Shown here: positions 37,369-46,835 of the stretch, one piece after another
Layout: each line of letters starts with the position of its first letter
How positions within the stretch are numbered: position 1 is the stretch's first letter
Assembly (NCBI RefSeq): GCF_947501785.1
Contig: NZ_CANMXB010000001.1
Span: forward strand, 1,319,048 to 1,383,047
Direction of reading: 5' to 3'
Length of the DNA: 64,000 bases
Source: an uncultured Litoreibacter sp.
GTDB taxonomy: Bacteria > Pseudomonadota > Alphaproteobacteria > Rhodobacterales > Rhodobacteraceae
Program-made: the position numbers and the translations under genes
The notes under the pieces: model-generated
What the model was told of the DNA's origin: nothing
The model's database searches: none
Seen by the model: only the letters and a program-made list of their open reading frames with translations

Positions 37369-38361
37369 TTAGCGGGCCAAAACGGGGATGCAGGCGGCGT
37401 TTTCGGCCACCAGCACCGCGCAGAACCGGCGAGAGGCGTTTAGATCGTCAAACCCGACCGCCCGCAGCCGGTAGAATGTGCGCCCGCCGCTTTTGGCTTC
37501 CTGGATCAGGCGTTGCTTGCCCTCGATGTAATCCTCAAACTTGCCCGCGATCTTGTTCCATTCGGAAATGGCGGTTTCGCGGTCATCATAGGCGCCCAGC
37601 TGCACCAACCGAGTGCCGGACGCGATGCTGGCAGGGTCCACCTCTGTGATCGCCTGTACAGAGCCGACGGCCGCAGCGATCGCCGCGGTCTGCTGCAAGT
37701 TCTGCAAATCCACCTTCGGGCGAAGCGCAGGGCGCGGTGATCGTTTGACCCCCGGCACGGACGGATCCACGGCAGGCACCTCCGGCCGCGCCAGAGTGGT
37801 TTGAACCTCGCCAATCTCACCTGTCAGGGGTTCCAGCGGCTCCACCCCATCGGCCAGGCGCGACGCCAAAAGTTCGGCTTGCTGCTCGACCGTCAGGTTT
37901 TGCTCTTCAAGCGACAGTGACACGACGGTGCCGATGGCCTCGGCCACCTCGTCCTCTGCGACCACCTCCGTCTCGGAGGGCGCGGCGAGGATGATGTCGT
38001 CATTGGTCAGGTCAATCGGTTCGGGCGCAAGGATCACTTGGGGCACCGGCCCCTCGGCCTCCCCCTCGGCTTGCACTGTGTTGACGGCCAGCCCCTGATG
38101 CTGGGCCAATTGGCCGCCTGCATTGTCAGGTTTCACGCGAGCCGGTCCCTCAAGGGCGCGGATCACCGGCACCTCGGTCACGTCGCGGATCGTCAGCTGG
38201 TAGCCCCAAATGCCAAGGCCAATCACGAGGGCCACGGAACTGGCCGCACCCACATAGCTCATCATTTTTGACAGGATGCCGGGATGGGCCGGGACTTGAA
38301 ATTCCTGCCCGCCATAGGGCTCGTTTTGCGCACCATATGCGTCGTAGTCGTGATGTGCCAT
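37369..38361 (-). CDS. SPOR domain-containing protein
   Basis: Trimmed to the ATG at 38361, giving 330 aa. One TM helix. The C-terminal SPOR domain is 'RLVQLGAYDDRETAISEWNKI...YRLRAVGFDDLNASRRFC'. Confidence 0.8.
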   Translation of the reverse strand: MAHHDYDAYGAQNEPYGGQEFQVPAHPGILSKMMSYVGAASSVALVIGLGIWGYQLTIRDVTEVPVIRALEGPARVKPDNAGGQLAQHQGLAVNTVQAEGEAEGPVPQVILAPEPIDLTNDDIILAAPSETEVVAEDEVAEAIGTVVSLSLEEQNLTVEQQAELLASRLADGVEPLEPLTGEIGEVQTTLARPEVPAVDPSVPGVKRSPRPALRPKVDLQNLQQTAAIAAAVGSVQAITEVDPASIASGTRLVQLGAYDDRETAISEWNKIAGKFEDYIEGKQRLIQEAKSGGRTFYRLRAVGFDDLNASRRFCAVLVAENAACIPVLAR

Positions 38362-38448
38362 GTCAGCCTCTCCGCCCCCGGGTTCAAGCCCGGATGGTCT
38401 GTCTTTAACTCTGCTCGTCACTCGCGGCAGGAGGCTGATCGTTTGGCG

Positions 38449-40191
38449 TCAGCGCATCTCGGTAGCCGGAGTTACGCCCAGAATACCAAGACCTGCGGAA
38501 ATAACAATCGCCGTGGCACGTGCGAGCGCAATTTTTGGCAAGGATGCGGCCTCAGAGTCCTGCAAGAACCGCAATTCGGGCACGTCGTTGCCCCGGTTCC
38601 ACAGCGCGTGCAGTTCTCCGGCCAGCTCATAGAGGTAGAACGCGATGCGGTGCGGCTCGTTCGTGCGGGCGGCAATTTCGACCAACCGCGGCCATTCGGC
38701 CAGCTTTGCGGCCAACGTCAGCTCGGCCTCATGCGTGTTGCCAGACAGATCGGCCTTGGCCAGCACCGCGTCGGACATGTCCCAGCCCGCGTCCTGCGCC
38801 TTGCGCAAGACCGAGCACACCCGCGCATGGGCGTATTGCACGTAGAAAACCGGGTTGTCTTTGGACTGCTCCAGCACCTTGTCCAGATCGAAATCCAGCG
38901 GCGCGTCCTGCTTGCGGGTCAGCATGACGAAGCGGGTCACATCGGGGCCTACCTGATCGACCACGTCGCGCAACGTGATGAAGGTGCCGGCGCGTTTCGA
39001 CATCTTGAAGGGCTCGCCGTTCTTGGTCAGCTTCACCAGCTGGGTCAGCTTAATGTCGACCGGCACCTTGCCGTCAGACAGCGCCGACACCGCCGCTTTC
39101 ATGCGTTTGACGTAGCCGCCGTGATCGGCGCCAAACACATCAATAAGGGCGTCGAACCCTCTGGAAACCTTATCATAATGATAAGCAATGTCGGGCGCGA
39201 AATAGGTCCACGCCCCGTCCGATTTCTTGACAGGCCGGTCCACATCGTCGCCGTGTTCGGTTGACTTGAACAGCGTCTGTTCGCGCGGCTCCCAGTCCTC
39301 CGGCTTCTTGCCTTTGGGCGGCTCCAGCACGCCCTCGTAGATCAGGCCCTTGTCGTCCAGCTCGGCAATGGCGGCCTCAATCCGGCCGGTGCCGTAGAGC
39401 GACTTTTCCGAATAAAACACGTCCATTTCGATGCCCAAAGCGGCAAGATCGGACCGGATCAAATCCATCATGGCTTCTGTTGAGAAGTCGCGCACGTCAT
39501 CCAGCCAAAACTGCTCGCCCTTGTCCACAAAGGCGTCGCCGACCTTAGCCTTCAACGCCTCACCGACGGCGACCAGATAGTCGCCGGGATAGGTGCCATC
39601 GGGGAACGCCACCTCCTGACCATGTGCCTCCAGATAACGCAAATAGACCGACCGCGCCAAAACATCGACCTGCGCGCCGCCGTCGTTGATGTAATATTCC
39701 CGCGTCACCTCGTGGCCCGCATAGGCCAGCAAGGAGGCCAAAGCGTCGCCAAACACCGCCCCGCGGGTGTGGCCCACATGCAGCGGCCCCGTCGGGTTGG
39801 CGGAGACATATTCCACATTCACCTTCCGGCCCGCGCCCATGGAGGACTGGCCAAACGCGGCGCCATCCGTCAACGCCGTCTGCACCACGCCGTCCCACAC
39901 GGATGTTGCCAACCGCAGATTCAAAAAGCCCGGCCCCGCGACCTCGGCCAAATCCACCCGAGGGTCGGCCTGCAAATGCGCCGCCAGGGCCTCCGCGATA
40001 TCGCGGGGCTTCAGCTTGGCGGGCTTGGCCAGAACCATGGCCGCATTGGTCGCCATATCGCCATGCGCCGCGTCGCGCGGCGGCTCGACCGCCACATTGG
40101 CAAAGTCCAACCCCTCGGGCAAAACGCCCTCGGCCACCATGGTGTCGAGCGCGGCAATCACCAGCGCGCGGATATCTGAAAACAGGTTCAT
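38449..40191 (-). CDS. argS: arginine--tRNA ligase
   Basis: 580 aa. Class I '[12 protein letters not shown]' (HIGH) and 'FKMSKRAG' (KMSKS-like) motifs are present. Confidence 0.95.
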   Translation of the reverse strand: MNLFSDIRALVIAALDTMVAEGVLPEGLDFANVAVEPPRDAAHGDMATNAAMVLAKPAKLKPRDIAEALAAHLQADPRVDLAEVAGPGFLNLRLATSVWDGVVQTALTDGAAFGQSSMGAGRKVNVEYVSANPTGPLHVGHTRGAVFGDALASLLAYAGHEVTREYYINDGGAQVDVLARSVYLRYLEAHGQEVAFPDGTYPGDYLVAVGEALKAKVGDAFVDKGEQFWLDDVRDFSTEAMMDLIRSDLAALGIEMDVFYSEKSLYGTGRIEAAIAELDDKGLIYEGVLEPPKGKKPEDWEPREQTLFKSTEHGDDVDRPVKKSDGAWTYFAPDIAYHYDKVSRGFDALIDVFGADHGGYVKRMKAAVSALSDGKVPVDIKLTQLVKLTKNGEPFKMSKRAGTFITLRDVVDQVGPDVTRFVMLTRKQDAPLDFDLDKVLEQSKDNPVFYVQYAHARVCSVLRKAQDAGWDMSDAVLAKADLSGNTHEAELTLAAKLAEWPRLVEIAARTNEPHRIAFYLYELAGELHALWNRGNDVPELRFLQDSEAASLPKIALARATAIVISAGLGILGVTPATEMR

Positions 40192-40245
40192 CTCATCACC
40201 TCAAAAAGTTACGCGCGGTTTATCACGACAGGCCCTGCGGTCCAC

Positions 40246-40292
40246 CCCATCATTGTTTCAAAAATACCTTGGGGGTTTGGGGGCTAGCCCCC
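40246..40292. repeat. dispersed intergenic repeat (tail type 1 plus GGGGGCTAGCCCCC hairpin)
   Basis: CATCATTGTTTCAAAAATACC at 40248..40268 and the hairpin at 40279..40292. It lies between the dgt stop and the argS start. Confidence 0.85.
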
Positions 40293-40325
40293 AATAAACA
40301 AAGACGCGCCGCAGGCACAATTGGA

Positions 40326-41501
40326 TCAAGGCTGCCCCATCACGTAGCTGTCGGCCTCGATCCCGCCGATCAGGCGGGCATGTTCCTGCAAGGCAAACCG
40401 GTCGGTCATGCCCGCAATGTAATCGGCCACGATGCGCGCCAGTTCCACCTCGCCCGCAGCGTCCTCAACATCCTTGCGCCACTGCTTGGGCAGCAGGTCA
40501 GGCTGCGACATGAACAACGGAAACAACTCATCCACCACCTGAGTGACCTGCACCCGCATCTCCACCACGGCAGGCGCGCGGTACATGCGTTCAAACAGGA
40601 AGCGGCGGATCACTTTCAATTGCTCCCATATCTCGGGCGAGAATTGCACCATCGGCTTGCCTGCTGCACGAATGTCGACCACCGATGACGGGCCAAGCGC
40701 GTTCAAACGCGCTTTTGCCACGGCGATCACATCTTCCACCAGAATGCCGAAGAACCGGCGCAGCGCCTCATGGCGGCGGCGGTAGTAGTTCAGCCCGGGG
40801 TAAAGCTCATCTACCCGGGCAAAGCACGGACCCACCAACGGCAACTCGGCCAGCTCGTCGGTGGAAAACAGCTCGGCCCGCAGCCCGTCATGCAGGTCGT
40901 GGTTGTTATAGGCGATGTCGTCGGCAAGGGCCGCGACCTGCGCCTCGGCACTGGCATAGGTGCCCAATTCCAGATCGTGACGCGCAGAATATTCGGACAA
41001 TGCGTAGGGCAAATCGCCCGTAACCGGCCCGTTATGTTTCGCAATGCCTTCAAGGGCTTCCCAGGTGAGGTTCAACCCGTCCCATTCCGCGTAGTGGCGT
41101 TCCAGCGAGGTCACGATTTTCAGCGCCTGCGCGTTGTGGTCAAACCCGCCATAAGGGGTCATCAACGCGTCCAGCGCCTCTTCGCCCGTGTGGCCAAAGG
41201 GGGTATGGCCCAGATCATGGGCCAGGGCGACAGCCTCGGTCAGTTCTTCGTTCAGGCCCAAAACGCCCGCGATGGTGCGCGCCACCTGCGCCACCTCGAT
41301 GGAATGGGTCAGCCGGGTGCGGAAATAATCGCCCTCATGTTCGATGAACACTTGTGTCTTGTGCTTCAAGCGCCGGAAGGCGGAGGCGTGAATGATGCGG
41401 TCCCGGTCGCGCTGAAAGCAGCTGCGGAAGGTGCTTTCCTGCTCAGGATAAAGCCTGCCCCGGCTGTCTTCGGGGTGGCACGCGTAGTTTGCCCGCGTCA
41501 T
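40326..41501 (-). CDS. dgt: deoxyguanosinetriphosphate triphosphohydrolase-like protein (HD domain)
   Basis: 391 aa. 'RDRDRIIHASAFRRLKHKTQVF', 'RTRLTHSIEVAQ' and 'HDLGHTPFGH' are present. Confidence 0.9.
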   Translation of the reverse strand: MTRANYACHPEDSRGRLYPEQESTFRSCFQRDRDRIIHASAFRRLKHKTQVFIEHEGDYFRTRLTHSIEVAQVARTIAGVLGLNEELTEAVALAHDLGHTPFGHTGEEALDALMTPYGGFDHNAQALKIVTSLERHYAEWDGLNLTWEALEGIAKHNGPVTGDLPYALSEYSARHDLELGTYASAEAQVAALADDIAYNNHDLHDGLRAELFSTDELAELPLVGPCFARVDELYPGLNYYRRRHEALRRFFGILVEDVIAVAKARLNALGPSSVVDIRAAGKPMVQFSPEIWEQLKVIRRFLFERMYRAPAVVEMRVQVTQVVDELFPLFMSQPDLLPKQWRKDVEDAAGEVELARIVADYIAGMTDRFALQEHARLIGGIEADSYVMGQP

Positions 41502-41571
41502 GTGGCTGCCTCTTCTTGTTCTTGTCCCGCAGGCATCCTACATTGAGCTGGCAACAGATACGAGACATGAC

Positions 41572-41901
41572 ATGGACCTCGCCCTGCCCCCAAAAGTGAC
41601 CGACCGCGCCTTCGCGCGCCTTGCCGAGATTGGTGCAGGTGACGAAGGCCAAGCGCTGCGCGTCGCTGTCGAAGGCGGCGGATGTTCGGGGTTTCAGTAT
41701 GAAATCAAGCTCGACGCGCCGGCCGATGACGATCTGGTGCTGGAACAAAAAGGCCAGAAAGTCGTGGTCGACAGCGTGTCGCTGCCGTTTTTGGAAAATG
41801 CGGTGATCGACTTCACCGAAGAGCTGATAGGCGCCCGGTTTGTCATCGACAACCCGAACGCCACCTCGTCCTGCGGCTGCGGGACGTCTTTTTCGATGTA
41901 G
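41572..41901 (+). CDS. erpA: iron-sulfur cluster insertion protein ErpA (HesB/IscA family)
   Basis: Trimmed to the ATG at 41572, giving 109 aa. 'LRVAVEGGGCSGFQY' and the C-terminal 'CGCGTSF' are present. Confidence 0.88.
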   Translation: MDLALPPKVTDRAFARLAEIGAGDEGQALRVAVEGGGCSGFQYEIKLDAPADDDLVLEQKGQKVVVDSVSLPFLENAVIDFTEELIGARFVIDNPNATSSCGCGTSFSM

Positions 41902-41979
41902 GTGATATCGGCCGCAGCCGATTGGTCAGAAATTCAATTTATTCAGAAAGCATAGGGTCTTATCGCCCCTTTTTCATGC

Positions 41980-42162
41980 TTACTGATAGCTTTCCACAAC
42001 CTCGGCCCACGCCTGCGACTGAGCAAGCTCAGCCGGGTTGACGGGCACGAAGAAAGCCTGTCCCAGAGGTTTGAAGTCGGACTTGGAGGAAATGTCCTCA
42101 TTCGCCGGCACACCACATGCGGCGAGCATAGCTAAAGCGCCTATAATCATTACGTTTTTCAT
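41980..42162 (-). CDS. small putative lipoprotein
   Basis: Trimmed to the ATG at 42162. 60 aa starting MKNVMIIGALAMLAAC (lipobox). It lies in a locally AT-richer patch. Confidence 0.5.
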   Translation of the reverse strand: MKNVMIIGALAMLAACGVPANEDISSKSDFKPLGQAFFVPVNPAELAQSQAWAEVVESYQ

Positions 42163-42387
42163 CACTGCCCCACAGTAAATTTGCTCGGTCGTCTTTTTTA
42201 TTGTTCCCCTTATCGTCGGGGATTGGGGCGCAAATGTGGCAATATCGAAAATTTTTGCAAAATCTTCCAATTCCAGCCGGATTGTCCAAAAAAGGAAGAC
42301 AATGCCACGAGAATGCGTCCCTCCCCCCTCGTCAAACGCGGATTGCGCCTTAGGTCAAGCCTCAAGACGGGCGAAGCGGAATCGAAG

Positions 42388-43104
42388 ATGACGACTGTAT
42401 TGATCCTGGGCAGCGGCCCAAACGTGCTGGACGCGCGGGTTTGGCCGCGCGCGCCGTTTGACCACATTCTGGCGATTAACAATGCCTTTGCAGTGCGCCC
42501 CGACTGGGACAGCCTGATCCACCCCGAAGATTTCGACCCGGACAGGTTGCCCCGGCATCTGGAGCCCGCCCAATCCATTGTGACCGCTGATGACTATGTG
42601 CCCGCCCAAAACGCTTATGGCGGCTTTGTCTATGCGGGCGGCACCATGGCCTTCACGGCGGGCTACTGGGCGCTTTGTCACCACCGCCCCAGCTGTCTGG
42701 CGTATTTGGGCTGCGACATGACCTATGCCCCCCGTGGGGAGACACATTTTTACGGGACAGGCGAAGCTGACCCGCTGCGTGACGACATCACCCTGCAATC
42801 GCTGGAGGCGAAATCAGCGCGGTTGGAAATAATTGCCGCGCGGCAAGGCTGCGCCGTGGTGAACCTGTCACAAGCCGACAGCCGCCTTCTCTTCCCGCGC
42901 CGGACGCCGTTTGATCTGCAGGACGTGTCCCCGCGCGGCTTTGTCGAGAATTTGGTTGATGACGCGCTGCACCGCGAAGACGCGCTGGGCTATATGGCCG
43001 CCTCCGGTCGGTATTGGGAGGAGCTGGAACGCTTTGACGCCGCCGCACTGGCGGATCTGGACGCGCTTTGGCTTGCGGCGGCGGGGTCTTCGCGCGATAC
43101 GTGA
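42388..43104 (+). CDS. hypothetical protein with Rossmann-like 'ILGSGPN' N-terminus (possibly DUF115/MptE-like)
   Basis: Trimmed to the ATG at 42388, giving 238 aa with good codon bias. 'VLILGSGPNV' and 'GGTMAFTAGYWALCHHRPSCLAYLGCDM' loosely recall the DUF115 pattern. The family assignment is weak. Confidence 0.55.
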   Translation: MTTVLILGSGPNVLDARVWPRAPFDHILAINNAFAVRPDWDSLIHPEDFDPDRLPRHLEPAQSIVTADDYVPAQNAYGGFVYAGGTMAFTAGYWALCHHRPSCLAYLGCDMTYAPRGETHFYGTGEADPLRDDITLQSLEAKSARLEIIAARQGCAVVNLSQADSRLLFPRRTPFDLQDVSPRGFVENLVDDALHREDALGYMAASGRYWEELERFDAAALADLDALWLAAAGSSRDT

Positions 43105-43130
43105 CCCATGACGCATCTGGGGGCCGCCAC

Positions 43131-43913
43131 ATGAAAATCGCCACATTCAACATCAACGGCATCAAGGCCCGCATCAACGCCCTGCCCGTCTGGCTGGACG
43201 AGGCGCGACCTGACGTGGCGGTGCTGCAAGAGATCAAATCGGTGGATGAGGCCTTCCCCCGCGAGGTTTTTGAAGAGCGCGGCTACAACGTCGAAACCCA
43301 TGGGCAAAAGTCGTTCAACGGCGTGGCCATTCTGTCCAAATTGCCGCTGGAAGACGTGCGGCGCGGCCTGCCAGGCGACGACGAGGACGAACAGGCCCGC
43401 TGGATCGAAGCGCTGGTGATGGGCGAGACCCGTCCGATACGCATTTGCGGGCTGTATTTGCCCAACGGCAACCCGGCACCGGGGCCGAAATACGACTACA
43501 AGCTAGCCTGGATGGAGCGGATGTACGTCCGCGCGCAAGAGCTTTTGGCTGAAGAAATCCCTGCCATGATGGCGGGCGATTACAACATTATCCCCCAGCC
43601 CGAGGACGCCAAGCGGCCCGACGCCTGGCAAGACGACGCCTTGTTCCGGCCAGAGAGCCGCGCCGCCTTTCGCAAGATCCTGAATTTGGGCTTCACCGAC
43701 GCCTTCCGCGCGCGCAACCAGCTGCCGGAGCAGTTCTCCTTTTGGGATTACCAAGCCGGTGCGTGGAACCGCAATGACGGTATCCGGATCGACCACCTGC
43801 TGCTATCGCCGCAGGCGGCGGATTGTCTAACCGAGTGCAAGATTGATTTCGAGATACGCGGGCGGGAGAAACCATCAGACCACGTGCCGGTCTGGGTGGA
43901 GCTCGACTTGTAA
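43131..43913 (+). CDS. xthA: exodeoxyribonuclease III
   Basis: Trimmed to the ATG at 43131, giving 260 aa. 'MKIATFNINGI', 'DVAVLQEIK', 'GDYNIIP' and 'RIDHLLLS...SDHVPVW' are present. Confidence 0.92.
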   Translation: MKIATFNINGIKARINALPVWLDEARPDVAVLQEIKSVDEAFPREVFEERGYNVETHGQKSFNGVAILSKLPLEDVRRGLPGDDEDEQARWIEALVMGETRPIRICGLYLPNGNPAPGPKYDYKLAWMERMYVRAQELLAEEIPAMMAGDYNIIPQPEDAKRPDAWQDDALFRPESRAAFRKILNLGFTDAFRARNQLPEQFSFWDYQAGAWNRNDGIRIDHLLLSPQAADCLTECKIDFEIRGREKPSDHVPVWVELDL

Positions 43914-43916
43914 GGT

Positions 43917-44022
43917 TTTGCGCCGCGCTTGCGCGCGTCGCGATGGTGGGGGCCAGCCCCCACACCCCCGTTCCATGGGGGCTCTGCCCCCAAACCCCCG
44001 GCATATTTCTTCCAAGATGAAG
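43917..44022. repeat. dispersed intergenic repeat, reverse orientation, with two tandem G5/C5 hairpins and a tail type 2 variant
   Basis: The copy reads GCGCCGCGCTTGCGCGCGTCG..., then GGGGGCCAGCCCCC, then GGGGGCTCTGCCCCC, then GGCATATTTCTTCCAAGATGAAG. It fills the gap between convergent xthA and the LysE gene. Confidence 0.85.
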
Positions 44023-44023
44023 A

Positions 44024-44620
44024 CTACGCGTTCAGCGACGTCCACAGGGCCAGCCCCACGACCGCGAGCATCGCGCAGGCCATGAAGATGTTGATGGCGC
44101 GTTGGGTGCGATGGGCAAGGTTCATCGCCTTGATGCGAGCACCGACCCACAGCCACAGGAAATGCAGCGCGCACCAGATGACATTCATGATGATGAATTT
44201 CAGCGTGACTTCCAAAGCATAGGCGCCCGGCAGGAAGGCAAAGCCCGAAAACAGCGTGGTGTTGACCACATAGGCCTTCGGATTGATCGCCTGCAGCATC
44301 AGCCCGTCGCGAATGCCCGGCTGTCGGGTTGCGGCGGTGAAGCCGATCTTGCTGCCCGCCGTGGCAATCTTGAAGGCCATGTACAGCAGATACCCGGTCG
44401 AGGCCGCCATCAGCACCGTGCGGATCACCGGATTGGCCAGGATCAACGCCGCAAGCCCGGTGACCACCGCCAACCCCACCAGATTGGTGCCGATGAACAG
44501 CCCCATGAAGTAGCGCAGCCCCGCGCGAAACCCGTAGGCCGCGCCGACGCCCGCCAGCGACAGCACGCCCGGACCAGGGGTGATGATCAACAAGAAGACG
44601 GCAGCGGCGAAACTCAGCAT
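44024..44620 (-). CDS. LysE family translocator (RhtB-like amino acid exporter)
   Basis: 198 aa with about 6 TM helices. The N-terminus 'FLLIITPGPGVL' is typical of the LysE/RhtB family. Confidence 0.88.
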   Translation of the reverse strand: MLSFAAAVFLLIITPGPGVLSLAGVGAAYGFRAGLRYFMGLFIGTNLVGLAVVTGLAALILANPVIRTVLMAASTGYLLYMAFKIATAGSKIGFTAATRQPGIRDGLMLQAINPKAYVVNTTLFSGFAFLPGAYALEVTLKFIIMNVIWCALHFLWLWVGARIKAMNLAHRTQRAINIFMACAMLAVVGLALWTSLNA

Positions 44621-44630
44621 ACCCCTACCC

Positions 44631-44664
44631 TACAAAAGAAAATGCCGGGCGCTAGGCCCGGCAT
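44631..44664 (-). terminator. Rho-independent terminator downstream of dksA
   Basis: On the minus strand: ATGCCGGGC-CTAGC-GCCCGGCAT (9-bp stem) followed by TTTTCTTTTG. Confidence 0.65.
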
Positions 44665-44686
44665 CGTCGAATATCTGTGTCGCGGC

Positions 44687-45109
44687 TTAGTCGTCGCGGT
44701 GGACTTTCTCGCGGCGTTCGTGGCGTTCCTGCGCCTCAAGGCTCAGGGTGGCAATGGGGCGGGCATCCAGACGCTTCAGCGAAATCGGCTCCCCAGTATC
44801 GTCGCAATAGCCGTATTCGCCTTCGTCAATGCGGCGCAGCGCGGCATCAATCTTGGAGATCACCTTGCGTTGACGGTCCCGGGTGCGCAATTCCAGCGCG
44901 CGGTCGGTTTCTTCCGAGGCACGGTCTGCAATGTCGGGAATGTTACGGGTGCCTTCCTGCATGCCTTCGATGGTGGAGTTGGTCTCATCCAGGATGGACT
45001 GCCGCCAATCGGTCAGCTTGCGACGAAAATATTCGGTCTGGCGCTCGTTCATGAACGGCTCATCCTCGGCAGGACGGTAATCATCCGGCAAAAACACTTC
45101 AGCTTTCAT
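44687..45109 (-). CDS. dksA: RNA polymerase-binding transcription factor DksA
   Basis: 140 aa. 'DRASEETDRALELRTRDRQRK' (coiled-coil tip with DxxDxA) and the zinc-finger region 'YGYCDDTGEPI' are present. Confidence 0.92.
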   Translation of the reverse strand: MKAEVFLPDDYRPAEDEPFMNERQTEYFRRKLTDWRQSILDETNSTIEGMQEGTRNIPDIADRASEETDRALELRTRDRQRKVISKIDAALRRIDEGEYGYCDDTGEPISLKRLDARPIATLSLEAQERHERREKVHRDD

Positions 45110-45295
45110 CCCCTAAACTCCCTAAACTGGGCCAGACATGGTTAACACCCTCGACTCAAGGCCCGCAGCTGGCTGTCTCTGCGCATCGTCTACCGAAACC
45201 GCCCGCCCTTGTCACGCAGATAAGGGACGTTATGAAGGGAAATTGAACGCGAGGTGAGCCTCGCCAACACCGACCTGCAGGGGCTTGATCGCGCG

Positions 45296-46135
45296 ATGAA
45301 ATTTACTGGAACTGACACATACGTGGCCACGGATGACCTGACGGTGGCCGTAAACGCATCTGTCGCGCTGCAGCGCCCGCTTTTGGTCAAGGGTGAGCCC
45401 GGCACCGGAAAGACCGAGCTGGCGCTCCAGGTCTCGGCCGCGCTGGGGCTGGAGATGATCGAATGGCATGTCAAATCCACCACGAAAGCGCAGCAGGGTC
45501 TGTATGAGTACGACGCGGTATCGCGGCTGCGCGACAGCCAGCTGGGCGACGAGAAGGTGCATGACGTCAAGAACTACATCCGCAAAGGCAAGCTGTGGCA
45601 GGCCTTTGAGGCCTCCGAGCGCAAGGTCTTGCTGATTGACGAGGTCGACAAGGCCGATATCGAATTCCCCAACGACCTGCTGCAGGAGCTCGACCGGATG
45701 GAGTTCCATGTCTACGAGACCGGCGAGACGATCACGGCCAAACAGCGACCCATCGTGATCATCACCTCCAACAATGAAAAAGAGCTGCCGGACGCGTTTC
45801 TGCGCCGCTGCTTCTTCCATTACATCAAATTCCCGGATGCCGAGACCCTGAAGAAGATTGTCGAGGTGCATCATCCGGGCATCAAACCGGCGCTTCTGAA
45901 CGCCGCGCTGACCGAGTTTTTTGAGATACGCGAGACGCCGGGATTGAAGAAGAAGCCTTCAACATCCGAGGTGCTGGACTGGTTGAAACTTCTGCTGGCA
46001 GAGGACCTTGATCCCTCAGACCTGAAACGTGACGGCGCGAATGCGCTGCCCAAGCTGCATGGGGCATTGCTGAAGAACGAGCAGGACGTGCATCTGTTCG
46101 AACGGCTTGCCTTCATGGCGCGGGCCCAGAGGTAG
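45296..46135 (+). CDS. MoxR-like AAA+ ATPase
   Basis: 279 aa from the ATG at 45296 (a GTG alternative lies at 45254). Walker A 'GEPGTGKT', Walker B 'LLIDEVDK' and 'ITSNNEKELPDAFLRRC' are present. Confidence 0.88.
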   Translation: MKFTGTDTYVATDDLTVAVNASVALQRPLLVKGEPGTGKTELALQVSAALGLEMIEWHVKSTTKAQQGLYEYDAVSRLRDSQLGDEKVHDVKNYIRKGKLWQAFEASERKVLLIDEVDKADIEFPNDLLQELDRMEFHVYETGETITAKQRPIVIITSNNEKELPDAFLRRCFFHYIKFPDAETLKKIVEVHHPGIKPALLNAALTEFFEIRETPGLKKKPSTSEVLDWLKLLLAEDLDPSDLKRDGANALPKLHGALLKNEQDVHLFERLAFMARAQR

Positions 46136-46381
46136 GCGCGGCTGGTGGGCGGGTCGCTGAGGCGCAAGCCGAAGTCGAGGCGTCTTCCAGCAAGCCAACC
46201 ATCGAGCCGCCGGCGCATAACCGCCAGCTCCCAGTCTTCTGCCTGCATCGCTTAACGCCACGTCAACGAAACAATCTCCACCGAAATCCTGCATTGATCC
46301 ATAAAATGCCGCATTCGTTGCATGACACCGCCCCAATCTCGGTGGATCACGGCTATTGAATACGAATGAGGGACGATACCT

Positions 46382-46828
46382 GTGGGTGAATTGACGATCA
46401 GACTGCTCGAGGCGGCGGACAGGGACGCGTGGGGCGTTCTGTGGACGGCCTATCTCGATTTCTACGACTCCACGGTCCCGCAAACCGTTTACGACACCTA
46501 TTTCGGCCGCCTTCTTGGCGACGATCCGCAGGACTACCACGGGTTGATCGCGCTCTATGACGGCCAACCGGTCGGGCTTACCCATTACCTGTTTCACCGC
46601 CACGGCTGGTCCGTCGAAAATGTCTGCTATCTACAGGATCTCTATGTCGATCCAGGCGTTCGCGGCACCGGCGCGGGACGTGCATTGATGGAGGCGGTCT
46701 ACGCCGCCGCCGATGAAGCAGGCGCCCCGGGCGTGTACTGGCTGACGCAGGACTTCAACGAAACGGCCCGAAAACTCTACGATCGCATTGGCGAAAAAAC
46801 CCCCTTTATCAAATACAAACGAGTATAA
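46382..46828 (+). CDS. GNAT family N-acetyltransferase
   Basis: 148 aa with a GTG start. The acetyl-CoA motif is 'LYVDPGVRGTGAGRALMEAV'. Confidence 0.8.
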   Translation: MGELTIRLLEAADRDAWGVLWTAYLDFYDSTVPQTVYDTYFGRLLGDDPQDYHGLIALYDGQPVGLTHYLFHRHGWSVENVCYLQDLYVDPGVRGTGAGRALMEAVYAAADEAGAPGVYWLTQDFNETARKLYDRIGEKTPFIKYKRV

Positions 46829-46835
46829 CCGCCTG

